Virus record (IMG/VR): IMGVR_UViG_3300025646_000013 | Coordinates: 40,281 to 104,280 of that record | Origin: a virus | Lineage: Duplodnaviria; Caudoviricetes | Strand: one strand, 5' to 3' | Length of the DNA stretch: 64,000 nucleotides | In this document: positions 1 to 11,470 of the stretch, piece by piece | Layout of the letters: every line of letters starts with the position of its first letter | Position numbering within the stretch: the stretch's first letter is position 1 | Made by a program: the position numbers and the translations under genes | The notes under the pieces: model-generated | Databases searched by the model: none | What the model was told of the DNA's origin: nothing | The model's input: only the letters and a program-made list of their open reading frames with translations

Positions 1-2793
1 GTTGTGAAATTCGGCCTATCTGCTGTTCCGAGAAAATCTTGTTGTTGTTGTTGAATTTATTTTTATTTCTGAACTAGTATTTCCAGCGTCGATGTCTCCA
101 GTATAATCAAATGCTCTCCACTGATATCCATTTGTTTTTGGAATTTGACCTTGTGGAGAAAATAAATCAAATATTGATTTTATATTAACACAATTTTGTT
201 CTGGAAGTGGCTGGCCAGGAATTATTACAACTCGATCTTGATTAGACGGCTCTCCTCTTGGCACTTGTGTTACGTAATTTCTGACTACAGTTCCTACTGG
301 TTTTTTAACGGGAAGTTCAGCTGTGCCCTGGTAATGTATTCTGACATTAGCTGAATAGTCTCCAGAAAAATTTAAAGGCTTATCAGTTGCGGTTTGATAA
401 GAGTATGCTGATTCCAATTCAAATGGATAAGACTGAAAATAGTTTATTGGATCTATCTGATTACTAAGAGACTTTGTCCCAGAACTCTTTATCGAAGGAA
501 TTTCCTTAACAACATACGGACCAAATCCATCTGGAATGTTTATCACAGGAGATATTGTGTCTGTATAGGCGTAAGATTTTTGCTTAGCGTTGTTAATCTT
601 GTGGACGATATAAGAAGTTGGTATATTGTACTGCTCTAAAGCTTGAGAAATATCTGTTATTTTTTCTGAGTTATGAATAATAACATCTGGATTAGTTACT
701 TCAATAAAAAATTCAACTTGAGACAAATCAATGTATGCAATTTTATCTCTGTGATATGTTGGAAGACTGTTATAAATATTCTTTACATAATAATCTTCTA
801 TTGAATTATAAGAAAGAGTTAGATCTCTTGCGTACCTATTGTTAGACGAATCTATTGCTATGTTTTTGAAATGAGCTTCTTTTTCCTGTTCTAAAAGCGC
901 ATCTTGATTCATTACCCATGAAGAATTCCACTCTCCAACAAAATTAAACAAAGAAGATCTTGTATCTAAAACTGTTCCAGCATATGCTCTTGAATACATG
1001 GCATACGACACGCAGTTGTAAAGAAATTTAAATGGACCCTCAGTAACTGAAGCTAGCAAATTTTCTTCTGCTTCGTCTATTGCTGTATCGCCATTGTTTG
1101 AATTCAATACAGTAGCCTTAGAAGATATGCTATATATAGAATTGCAATATTCTAAAAATGAAAATGAAGTAAATATGATATTGCCCTGAGCTACTGAATC
1201 TCCTTGGGATGCAAACTCAAAGAGTGCTCCAACAGAACTGTTGCTAGAGCTAGATGATCCAATGTTTAAAAATGACCTTGAATTAACAGCTGAATTCAGG
1301 TATCTGTATGTACCCTTTTTTAATCCGAATATTCCAAAATCTTCGTTTTCAAATATAGATTGATTTATATTCCATCCACCATTTTTATTTTCATCTAATA
1401 TTTTTGAAGACTCATTGTAGCCATAATATGTAGGAACTTGTGATGTTGAAATTCCATACATAAAAATTTCACTGCTAATAAAAGGTTCTTCTGATGGATA
1501 GTTTGATCCATCAACTATTATTGTTCCATTCTGAAGTTTTACATAATTAGATATTATTGAAATTGCTCTTTCCGAAAGCTTTTTGGTTGGCCTAAAGGCG
1601 ACTACGTCAAATTGATTTAATGAATCAATTGAGTTTATATCAACCATCCAGTAAGAAGCTTTATTTTTTTCTTGATTATTTTGAAGAGGATTTTCAAATG
1701 AGAATTTTGAAAAATTAAAAGCAGAATTTTCTAATCTATAAAAAACATATGGCTTTATATTGTCTAGTGAAGTAGTATCTGTAGAATCATAAAGAACAGC
1801 AGCGCTAACTGTCTTTTGTTTGATTCCAGTATTATTTTCTAAATCTGCAAAGTAATCAACTAATTCAAGATTTAGTGACTGTTTTGATCTCGCAATTAGT
1901 CTCCAGTTGAATACTTCAAATGTTCTATTATCAGCTAGAGCTTTTTTGGGTACGTAAGCGCTATATCCAGTGGGAGTAGAGTAGCTGGTGAAAATGTCAG
2001 AATATTTTTTATTATATTTTTTAACTGAAAAAACCTTTTTTCTATAACTATTATCTACTACAAAACTTTCCTCTGGCAAAAGCTTAAAGTACGGTGCTGC
2101 ATTTATTGTTTCTGAATACCTTAGGTTCTGACTAATTATTCTTCCGTCTGAGTCGCACTCAACTTTGTCGTAGATTAGTTTTAGTCCAACTGGACTACTA
2201 GCGTCTAGTCCAACGATAACCTTATATGGAATATCTGCTTCTTCTGAATTTTGATTAGTAAAGTATGGATCTAATAATATTTTGTATTTTTTTCTTCCAG
2301 TATTTATATCTATATACTCTTGATTATTTGAGTCAATAACTTTTATATTAAGATATTTAATTGAAGATGGATTTAAATAATCATCCAACTCAGATATGCT
2401 GTACCCTCCTGGTGCTGCAGTAAAAAATCTACTTACATAATAATAGTGAAAAAATTCTAAGCTATTTATTTCAAATTCATTTAATTCTTCTGTAACATAA
2501 TCTTTTGACAATATAGTATCACTTACTAATAAGTTAGAAGTAGGAAATACTGTTGAGCCATTTTCGTCTTCTAGAATTCCAAGTTCATTTGCAAAATACG
2601 TTTTTACCCCGCTGGCAATTGATGCTTTATTTTCAGGTATAGCTTCGGAAACATCTATGACAGAAAGATTGCTACTTGGAGACAGCTGCTCATTAGAATA
2701 AAATGCCAAGTTAGCAGCATCGGTTGGTACAATCTTGCCTATTTTGGCTGCATTCTCTTTTGCGTTTTGGGTTAAATTTTTAAATTGCTTCAT
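1..2793 (-). CDS. Large virion (baseplate/tail-associated) protein; probably continues past the window edge via a +1 shift at CGG 30-28
   Basis: 925-aa ORF abutting the stop of the upstream structural gene. Ends TTT TCT CGG AAC AGC AGA TAG; skipping the C gives GGA ACA GCA GAT AGG CCG AAT TTC ACA, open to the window edge (only 9 codons visible). Confidence 0.6.
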
Positions 2794-5700
2794 TTAACTG
2801 TCCTCATAGTCATTATTCATATTATTATACGTGCTAACAAAATTTGGGGTTGAACCCAAAAGACCCATTTGATACTGTTCGTATCTTGAAATTGGGAACC
2901 ATCTAGGAGGTGTCCATCCAATTTGTGGAGTAGCCGAAGGCGTTGCATCGTATTCTTGATCGTAATGCCTATAGCTAAATTGTGGCTCCGAGACTATATC
3001 AGTGCCCGATAACGGTATTGCTGTGTAAAATCTTGGTAATGGGACCGGCTCATTGGAATAGTGTATGTTGTCATAGTTCTCAAACCAATAAACTACGTCC
3101 CCATATATAGTAACAGGAGTTGCGCTAGGAGTAGCGGCCATTTCCGTATCGACCACAACAAACCATAATCCTGGATCTATTCTGGTTTGAGCATAGAATG
3201 GGCCAATTATAAAGTTTCCATATTCATCAGCTTGAACTGTTCCTGCATCCCCATATCTTCCTGGGGTGCTTGAAGCTACATCGTAAGCTGAATCTACCAA
3301 GGCTTCATAAGCCGTTCTGGCCTTTCTCCAATAGATAACTGGAGGAGTACTTGGGGCTATATTATTTTGTCTTATATAACCCTTGATGAATACGTCGTCT
3401 GTGGCGTTGGCTTTAATGCTTATTTTATCTGCGGCTGCCTTTAGTTCGTATGTAAACTCATTATTTTTAAACAAGTCAATTGAAAATTCCTGAGAAAATG
3501 AACCAGAAGAGCTATTTTGATTTGCATTTTCTGACGGATAAGACACACCATCAACAGTTAGTGTTACAACTGTTGCTTCGGTTGTTCCGGTGTATCTTAG
3601 GGTTGTTTTTCCAAAACCATTATTGTTAGTTGTGACATATTCATTTTCAGCTAGTAGGTTATCTCCATAAATTCTAAACGTTTGATATGGTTTTGGGTTT
3701 CCATTTATATCATATGAAATTATTGATAAATAAATTATATCATCTGGACTATTCGAAATTTTTTGTGGAGAAATCCAAACTGAAGCTGTTTCAAAATCGT
3801 ATTCATAATCAGATACAAAAATATATCCCTCATCTACTGGGTTATCAATTGAGCTTAATGATAAACCAGAAGGTGTGCTTTCAAGATATTTTGAAGATTC
3901 ATAAACAACATTGTATACGGAATCTACACCTGGAGTTGATGAAAGATATATCTTCTTATCATTTCTTTCCGAATAAAAAGCTTCCGCTAATCTATAGCTT
4001 ACAGTATATTCTCTGCCAGGAATAATTATACTTTCGTGAGTTGTTGAATTTAATATTTGTAGTCTGTTTGAAACTAGATAATAGAAATCTTCTCCACTTT
4101 GAATATAATCTAAACTAGATATATAGTATGTACCTGTGTCTTCTAGGTCTAATATATAATTTCCGTCTTCATCTACAAGTGTCCATATCCAAAGTTCTGG
4201 GTTCAAAGGGGATTGAACTAATACCCTTCCAGAAAATACATCTTCTATATATATATCTGAAACATTTTCATAAGAAAGATACAAAGCGAGGTCGTCAGAT
4301 CCAATTAACGTTTCGGTATTGTAAAATGTTATATTGCCAGGAGTTGAAGAATCATTAAAGAACGCTTCCCTGTACTGCACTGTTGAAGAATCGTTGTAAA
4401 CTGTGACCAATATTGGCGCTCCTTGACTTGGAACTTCTGTAGTATCTAACTCAAAGAATCTTCCATTATAAACATCTAAAATGGGTTTTGCGTAAACGTA
4501 GTAATCTTCTTCGGGAAGATACAACCAACCAACGGATAGGTCTGGATTCTTTGAATCAAATATATTAAGTGACTTATTGTTAAATACACCCGCTACTTTT
4601 GCGTCTACTGGTATTGGTGAGTATACATAATTCTGTATTGAAGAGTCATATTCTTCGTACAATACATCAATTAATGTATCTGGAGAATATGTATTAGAAG
4701 AAACCGCTGTTTTTGAGCTAGTTAAAACGATCTCATCTGAAAGACTTACTGGATTTATATTTGTTATTACATATTCGCCGTCTAAAACTTGTTGCGTGGT
4801 TATACCAAAAGACTCTCCAGTTAAATTATATTTGCTAACAAAAGAATCAATATTATTTGGATTTGGAGATCTTCCAGAGTTTTCCATTTGTTCGTTTTGT
4901 TCGTAGGCGTTGCCGAATCGATCTAGATAGCCAAAGACCATTGGAGTACTTTTAGCTTCTTCTTCTCCTATCAGGGACCAAACTTGCTTCTTAAATGGGT
5001 AATATGGAGTTGCTGACAATCCAGTAGTTATAACTAATGTTTCTGCTAGTGAAGAATAATTTATTGTTGAAGATTCAAAATAATCTGATTGATCTGGCGC
5101 ACCAGAAGTGTTAGATCCATTATATGTTTCAAGAATAATATTTGGCGATGATGGAATAAAGTATTCTAGTTCAGAATAAGGATCTATAGATCTTCCACCG
5201 TAGGCTTGCTCTTGATATATTTCTACGTTTGGATCAACCTTATACAAAGGTATCGAATCAACTTGTAAATTATTTATATAAATATTTTGAGGAGTAGATC
5301 CAATTGGATAAATTAAAGAGTCTTTTAATGACTGAATTGATAAAACTTCATCATCCATAGATGATATGTCATTATCTTTATTTATAAAGATTTCGGATTG
5401 AATACTATTAGAATTTCCAGTTATAACTTTTGTTCCGTATACGTTTGACCCAATTTTAAAATTAGAGTTGAAGTAATTTATGTTTGGACTTGATATAGAT
5501 ATAGTATCTTCAAAAGCTGGATTGACTGTATAGCCAGCTGCATGTTCATTAAAAGATACTCTATAGTTTGCGTTATAGGAATCTAAATAGGTTTGCGTAT
5601 CTATATCCCACTGTGCGCTGTTTACAATGACAATTTGATTTACGTTTTCCAAAGAAATTGATTGATTCACCGGAGTCGCATCGGCATTTGCGTACTCGTA

Positions 5701-7606
5701 TCCGTATGTCTTTTCCAGGAATCCTATATTTGGATCTGTAAATCCATCTTCGTTAAATATTGAAATGTGATTAAACTCGGGACTTGCGGGACTATTTTCT
5801 GAAAAATAGTTTTTAACTATAAAATCTTCTCTGTCTGAGTAGGAAAAGTTTTTATAAAATACAGATGGAGTTGCGTACTGATTGTGTGAATCTAGATGTA
5901 TTTCATAGACCAAAGAAACACCGCCATTTGTTGATGGCGATGCAGCGTCGGGATTATTTGCGTCTGGATCTGGAATTGTTTTTGTGTAATCGCCATAGTA
6001 TTCGTAAAGTATTTTAATTGGAGCATAAACATCTTCATACGATGATACCTTAAAACCATCTGCCTTAAAATATCCTTCAAATGAAACAGTTGCAAAGGAA
6101 TCATTATTTACGATAACCTGAACATCAGAAAGGTCTCCCACTCCCGGCTGAAAGTATTCTCCCATAGGAGTTGCAACATCATACTTGAAAGGAACAGTAT
6201 TTATTCCTTCGTATTTTAGTCCTGCATAGTCCCAAATTCCTTCGTCCCAATTTATGTATCCAAAATTTGAAGGATAATTTTCGTTTATATTTTTAACAAA
6301 ATTTACAAATTCTTTTTGCGGAACTCCATCAAAAGCAAAGTATGGAGTAGATGATTCTATGTCTTCAAGTTCAAGAATCTCAGGAGTTGCACCAAGATAG
6401 TTTGAATCTGGTGTTGCGCCATAGGCTCTCCATATGTCTAGCTCTCTTCTTAGGGTTCTTTTTACGCCTTCTTTATCAACTGAAGGAATATTTTGATATA
6501 CATCAAGTATTCTCTTTTTATAATTTTCATTTGACTCTAGATAAAGCCTTCTAAGACCGACTCTTGCACCAAATTCATCAAATATATTAAAAAATAATAA
6601 AACTTTTTGATCAAAACTTTGACCGTCAATTGTTAAATTTTCAAATTTTTTAAGAGTTATAATTTGATTATCTGATATATTATGATAATAAATATAATCT
6701 GTTTTTTTATTTAAATAAAAGCTCTCTATAGAAGAAGACCTCGCCAATGGAACAGAATCTCCAAGAACTTCTATTGCTGCTGCTGGAGCGTTATAGGTTA
6801 CGTATAGCCAATCAACCAAATCTTCATCTGCAGTAGAAATATAAAAATTTATACTATTTAGATCTAGCTCGGCATCCAGTTCATCGAGATGCTCTCCAAT
6901 TAAAGAATTGAGAAATTTTGCGCCAGTTGATATCGGTGTGGATAATTCTGGTGTTGCTTTTTCTAATGAATCTTCATAAAGAGCTGTCCAAGTTGGAAAT
7001 CTAGAAAGTATTGTTCTTGAAGAATCAGAGAGAACAGGACTTGTTGGATCATGTATCAATACATTAACAAACAAAAGAAGACCGAGTGCCTCTACATCTT
7101 CTTCTTCTGTAAATATTTCTAGTTCTATCTTTACATATTTTTTACAATTATTTAAAAAAATAGCAGTAGAATTACTTGATATTTCAGACTTTAACCAAGG
7201 CCCACTATATTCATCTGACTCGTACATCTGCAGCGTGAAAGTCGGCTGTTCAGATCCACTATAATTTGTAAATTGACTTTTAAAAGAAATGATGTCTACT
7301 CTAGAAGAGTAGTCAATAAATCTCAATAAATCTGGAGTAGCGTTATCGTAAACTACTTCTCCGTAATTGGTGACATAGACAGCATTTTCATCGAGTGGAG
7401 TTGCGTGAGTTCCAGAATATGATGGAGATGTTTGTTCGGTTCCTACAAATGTAAAATCGCCTATTAGATTAAGGCCAGTAGCTGATCTTTTATAAGAAAA
7501 GTTTTTATAAAAGCTGTTATTATATACGTTAATAGGATCAGAGGTCCAAATATTCCCGATTCTTGTTGAAGTCTCCGCTACGAAGACCTAACAAATAATT
7601 CTTCAT
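2794..7606 (-). CDS. Large acidic baseplate/tail structural protein, ~1603 aa after a +1 shift at CGG 7558-7556; rich in (A/S)TP motifs
   Basis: ATG at 7606 with SD-like AAGGA reads MKNYLLGLRSGDFNKN then CGG. The +1 frame (GNIWTSDPINVYNNSFYKN...) is open into the 1510-aa ORF, whose track start is an internal TTG. NIFDEFGARVGLRRLYLESNENYKKRI resembles baseplate wedge proteins. Confidence 0.7.
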
Positions 7607-7623
7607 CTCTGATCCTTTTTAAC

Positions 7624-8880
7624 TTAATCTAACCAAATTGAATATTCAGATGTTACTCCATGCTCTGGATGAATATACATCAAATGCTGACATGGTCTGC
7701 TCATTGACGAAAAGAACTCTTGAGCATATGTATTGTGGCTTTCAGGGGAACCAGATATTCTTAGCATGGTGCTGCCTATCGTCATCTTAAATTGCTGATG
7801 ATAATGACCCATAAAAACATCATCAAAATGATCTGGTATTGCGCCGTCTTTCCAGCCCATTACCTTTTTATAGTAACCATGGTATGAAGTTGGTGAAGGT
7901 AATTGATCGCCGTGTATCAACAGGCTGCTATAGCTGCCAACGCTGTCTACTGCGTACCAATTTCTTTCTCCGGCTCCATCTGGAATATTAAATGTGATTC
8001 TATCTTCTTTATCAAACATTAATTCAACTATTTTGTAAAGAAGTCTATCCATATTAGTTTCTGGATCATGCTGCTTTCTCATCTTACCCCCAACAGCACC
8101 GTGATTACCTATAACGCCAACAACGTGAACATTCTTAAAGTTTTGCAATGCTGTACTTAGGAACTTTGACAAGATTCTTGGGCCATTTATACCAACCTGC
8201 CTATATAGTCCCGAGTCAATTAAGTGAGCTTGACCAGGAAATATTTCTTCTCCCTCTACAATGTCGCCGAGCAGCCATACGTGCAGGCTGTCAACGTTGT
8301 GATCCATTCTTTGAATTTCTGTTATCTCAAGAAGCTTTTCTGTGTATTGTTCTATTCTTTTTTCTAATACGTCAGAATTATAATCAGGAGTTACTTTGCC
8401 CAACTGCCAATCAGCGAACACAGCCACTGCTGTTTCAGGAGTCTTATGTTTGCTATTGTTCCTAAGAACTGGTTGCTTTATCTTGGGAATCTCAAAATTT
8501 GAAAAAACATCAAATGCTGCCTGGTAAGCTGCTACAACAGTTTCGTGCTGAACGTTTTTATGTTTTTCTACTAGTTTTGCTAGTCTTTTATTTTCTGATC
8601 TAAGAAAATCATTTCTAGAATCCGCAACCATAGAAACCAAGGATGGATCTGCGGTATCGTACTCTTGATCTTCTGATATTCCAATAACTGATGATTGGCT
8701 ATAAGAACCATCTTTTTCATTGATGTATTCAATTATTTCATCTTCTGATATTTCTGTTACATTCAAATCTTCATCTAAAATGTCGCCTTTACCTATGTTT
8801 TCAAAGACAAGACTTTTGGCTTGGGAAACATTTGGAGCACGAACTATATATGTATTTGTGATAACAAAATTTTTACTCAT
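7624..8880 (-). CDS. Calcineurin-like metallophosphoesterase with acidic/coiled N-terminal extension
   Basis: Motifs ADWQLGK, LLGDIVEG, IGNHG, LIHGD and MGHYHQ in canonical order. Confidence 0.85.
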   Translation of the reverse strand: MSKNFVITNTYIVRAPNVSQAKSLVFENIGKGDILDEDLNVTEISEDEIIEYINEKDGSYSQSSVIGISEDQEYDTADPSLVSMVADSRNDFLRSENKRLAKLVEKHKNVQHETVVAAYQAAFDVFSNFEIPKIKQPVLRNNSKHKTPETAVAVFADWQLGKVTPDYNSDVLEKRIEQYTEKLLEITEIQRMDHNVDSLHVWLLGDIVEGEEIFPGQAHLIDSGLYRQVGINGPRILSKFLSTALQNFKNVHVVGVIGNHGAVGGKMRKQHDPETNMDRLLYKIVELMFDKEDRITFNIPDGAGERNWYAVDSVGSYSSLLIHGDQLPSPTSYHGYYKKVMGWKDGAIPDHFDDVFMGHYHQQFKMTIGSTMLRISGSPESHNTYAQEFFSSMSRPCQHLMYIHPEHGVTSEYSIWLD

Positions 8881-8902
8881 TTAAATAAAACCTACTCTGT
8901 GA

Positions 8903-10072
8903 CTATGAATTGGATTGACCCATTATAACAGAATATATAGATACATTTCCAGCTGCGGGATAAACCTTGTCACTCGATGGAGTAAAGTCCATAAATGGCA
9001 TTTCTTTTCCGTCGATATTGAACGAACTAATGACCACATTTCTTATGTAGTCAGAAGATTGCCTTATTTGTCTTTCTATTTCTGTTATAGAGATTGTGTC
9101 CCCTATTGTTAATGAATTTAAATATCTTTTAACAAACAAAGCTGCTTGATTTTTTATTCCAGCATTTAGTGTATCGCCAACTGCATTTGAAAGAGATATG
9201 GTTGCAGATACATTGACCGCCAATTTTTCTGCTATTCTAATATTAAACCTAACACCAGCTGGTCTCACAGAGCTTATTGCCGCTAGCACTACTTCTGGCA
9301 TTTGTTTAATGCTTGATAGGTTTTCTGGAACAACAATAACATCACAGGACCCAACGCCATAGGAACTTTCTCTTATTCTAACATCCCTTACGCCCTTAAC
9401 TGATAGAGCTGCAAATCGGACCGACTCTGCTGTTCCAGCGGCCCTAGTCTTTATGGAGGATACTATTCTTCTTCTGTAATTGTCATCCGATTCAGAATTT
9501 ATTGCTGAGTAAACTTCTTTTGGATTATTGCAGAAAATAACCACTCCTGGAGGAGCTATGAAATTGTGTGATGTTAAAGAATTCTTTGGCGCCACATAAG
9601 TATTGTCAGAAAAGTCTGCAATAACTAATCCATAGGCTCTTGTTGATCCAGATGGAATAAGTACAGAATCATTTAATTTATACCTATACTGTCTTACGGA
9701 AAAATTGTCAACATTGGTTAGTATCATAGTGTCTTTCGGCACTGTTATGTCTTGACTATAGGGTTTCTGTATAAAGAATTCAATATTAAAAGACTGTCTT
9801 TCAATAGCTGCGGCGTCGGAAATTTGTTTTCTAACTATTCCATAAAGCTCACCTATCAAATCAAGATTTCTACCAGATGCTGTAGAAAGTGCACCTTGTC
9901 TTAAGCTGAAATTTAAAGAAGAATACAAATCTGATATCTCTGTACTTATCGCTTCGGCAAAAGCTCTTGCTATTGAGCCAGGATAGACTGCTGTTATTCC
10001 AGCGTCCTTTTCTAAAGAATTTAAAATAGAAGTAAGTATTTCTTCTTTTTGTCTTGTTCCATATATAGGCAT
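8903..10072 (-). CDS. Baseplate J-like wedge protein
   Basis: TASGRNLDLIGELYGIVRK, ESDDNYRRRI and AALSVKGVRDV..G.GSCDVIV are typical of baseplate J family; sits next to a gp25-like gene. Confidence 0.85.
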   Translation of the reverse strand: MPIYGTRQKEEILTSILNSLEKDAGITAVYPGSIARAFAEAISTEISDLYSSLNFSLRQGALSTASGRNLDLIGELYGIVRKQISDAAAIERQSFNIEFFIQKPYSQDITVPKDTMILTNVDNFSVRQYRYKLNDSVLIPSGSTRAYGLVIADFSDNTYVAPKNSLTSHNFIAPPGVVIFCNNPKEVYSAINSESDDNYRRRIVSSIKTRAAGTAESVRFAALSVKGVRDVRIRESSYGVGSCDVIVVPENLSSIKQMPEVVLAAISSVRPAGVRFNIRIAEKLAVNVSATISLSNAVGDTLNAGIKNQAALFVKRYLNSLTIGDTISITEIERQIRQSSDYIRNVVISSFNIDGKEMPFMDFTPSSDKVYPAAGNVSIYSVIMGQSNS

Positions 10073-10073
10073 A

Positions 10074-10454
10074 TTATGCTCCTAGGTCCTGAGATACAGA
10101 AAGAACCACTGGCTCATTAGTATCTGTTATAATGTGAACGTCAAACCTTATAGTATCTGGTCCAGTTGGAATTGCTTCTATTTGTATATTTCTTCCCCTG
10201 AAAACATCTTCTTTTTCAAGTGCGGCTCTTATCAACCTCTTGCCAAAATCTCCAGTTTCTTTTGATTGCGGCATTCCGTATAGCACTGAAAGGTCTGTGC
10301 CAAGAGATGGATAAATGTAAAAATCTCCAGGCTCAGTCATTAGTCTTAGATAAACCTGTTGTATATCATCTTGAAGACTAGAAGTAGTTCTGGCAATATC
10401 TTTATTTCCGTTTACCAGTATATCTCCTGTCATTGTAAAATATAAATCAGACAT
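10074..10454 (-). CDS. Baseplate wedge / sheath initiator (gp25/W-like)
   Basis: 126 aa; GDI...QQVYLRLMTEPGDFYIYPSLGTDL pattern; directly upstream of baseplate J. Confidence 0.75.
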   Translation of the reverse strand: MSDLYFTMTGDILVNGNKDIARTTSSLQDDIQQVYLRLMTEPGDFYIYPSLGTDLSVLYGMPQSKETGDFGKRLIRAALEKEDVFRGRNIQIEAIPTGPDTIRFDVHIITDTNEPVVLSVSQDLGA

Positions 10455-11088
10455 TTTTTATCTCATCAGCCTTAGATTTTGCTTGTGCAAAGGTAGATCC
10501 CTGCTTTATTAATTCCACCAAATATTCAATATATTCCTTAGAATGCTCTGACAGTATGTTCTGAACAAGCATAACTTCTTGTTCGGAAAGCCCTTCTGTT
10601 GGAATTAAAGAATTATATGTTTGACTAGTATCTGGCCCTTGGGGCGCAAATTGATAATCACCTTTTATAGTAACGGCTTTTTGCTCTTCTGATTCTTCTA
10701 AGGTCTTTAGTTTAGCTAAATAATGTTGTGCATCATTTTGGGCCGTATGTATTGATTTTGGGTCCACTTTAACTAATGTTGGCTGAGAATAGTCAATAGC
10801 TGAATAATTAAAATTAAAATTATTCCATCTTAATCCTGTTTCTGAGCAGAACATCCTAATTTTATCAGCAAATAAAGATATGGATCTGCCTGTTCCACTT
10901 ATAACTATACCAACTCCCGGAGCTGCAAATATCTCTATGTCTCCATCGTCGTTTAATCTTAAGAAAGAATTATTATCTGGATGATTGAATCCAACTTCTC
11001 TTCTGGAAAACTCATTTCTTCTCTTAAGTTCTCCGGCTACAGAAAAGTTTTTTTCTGGCTCTACTGATTCTGTATATAGATTAGACAT
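10447..11088 (-). CDS. Putative baseplate spike/hub-associated protein
   Basis: 213 aa in the baseplate operon; beta-rich stretch SFLRLNDDGDIEIFA..GIVISG. Confidence 0.45.
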   Translation of the reverse strand: MSNLYTESVEPEKNFSVAGELKRRNEFSRREVGFNHPDNNSFLRLNDDGDIEIFAAPGVGIVISGTGRSISLFADKIRMFCSETGLRWNNFNFNYSAIDYSQPTLVKVDPKSIHTAQNDAQHYLAKLKTLEESEEQKAVTIKGDYQFAPQGPDTSQTYNSLIPTEGLSEQEVMLVQNILSEHSKEYIEYLVELIKQGSTFAQAKSKADEIKNV

Positions 11089-11090
11089 AA

Positions 11091-11459
11091 TTACCTGGCC
11101 ATAAATTTCGGAACACCTGTATTGACACTGTAATTATACATGTAATTTGAACTAAATTGCGGCTCGTCAAAGTACATAATAACATACGCAAATCTTTCGT
11201 TATCATCTCTAAAGCCCACTAAGCATCTTGTTCCTGGATTCGGTGCAACAGTTTGTATTCCAGGAGTTGAAGGACAGGGGACATTATTTAGTGTGTTTCC
11301 AATTTGACCAGAATATTGATCATCTAAAATTATAGAAGCGGTATTGGTTTCTACATTAAAAGACATGATTACACCTGGCCTTGTTTTGGCCTGACGCATT
11401 CTAGATTGATCTATTTGATTTTGAATTTTATTATCAAATTTTGGATACTTACTTGGCAT
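11091..11459 (-). CDS. Putative baseplate spike N-terminal OB-fold-like protein
   Basis: GVIMSFN..TNTASI...NVPCP...PNPGTRCLVGF pattern resembles gpV/gp5 N-terminal domains; operon position. Confidence 0.55.
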   Translation of the reverse strand: MPSKYPKFDNKIQNQIDQSRMRQAKTRPGVIMSFNVETNTASIILDDQYSGQIGNTLNNVPCPSTPGIQTVAPNPGTRCLVGFRDDNERFAYVIMYFDEPQFSSNYMYNYSVNTGVPKFMAR

Positions 11460-11470
11460 GCTTTTACCTC

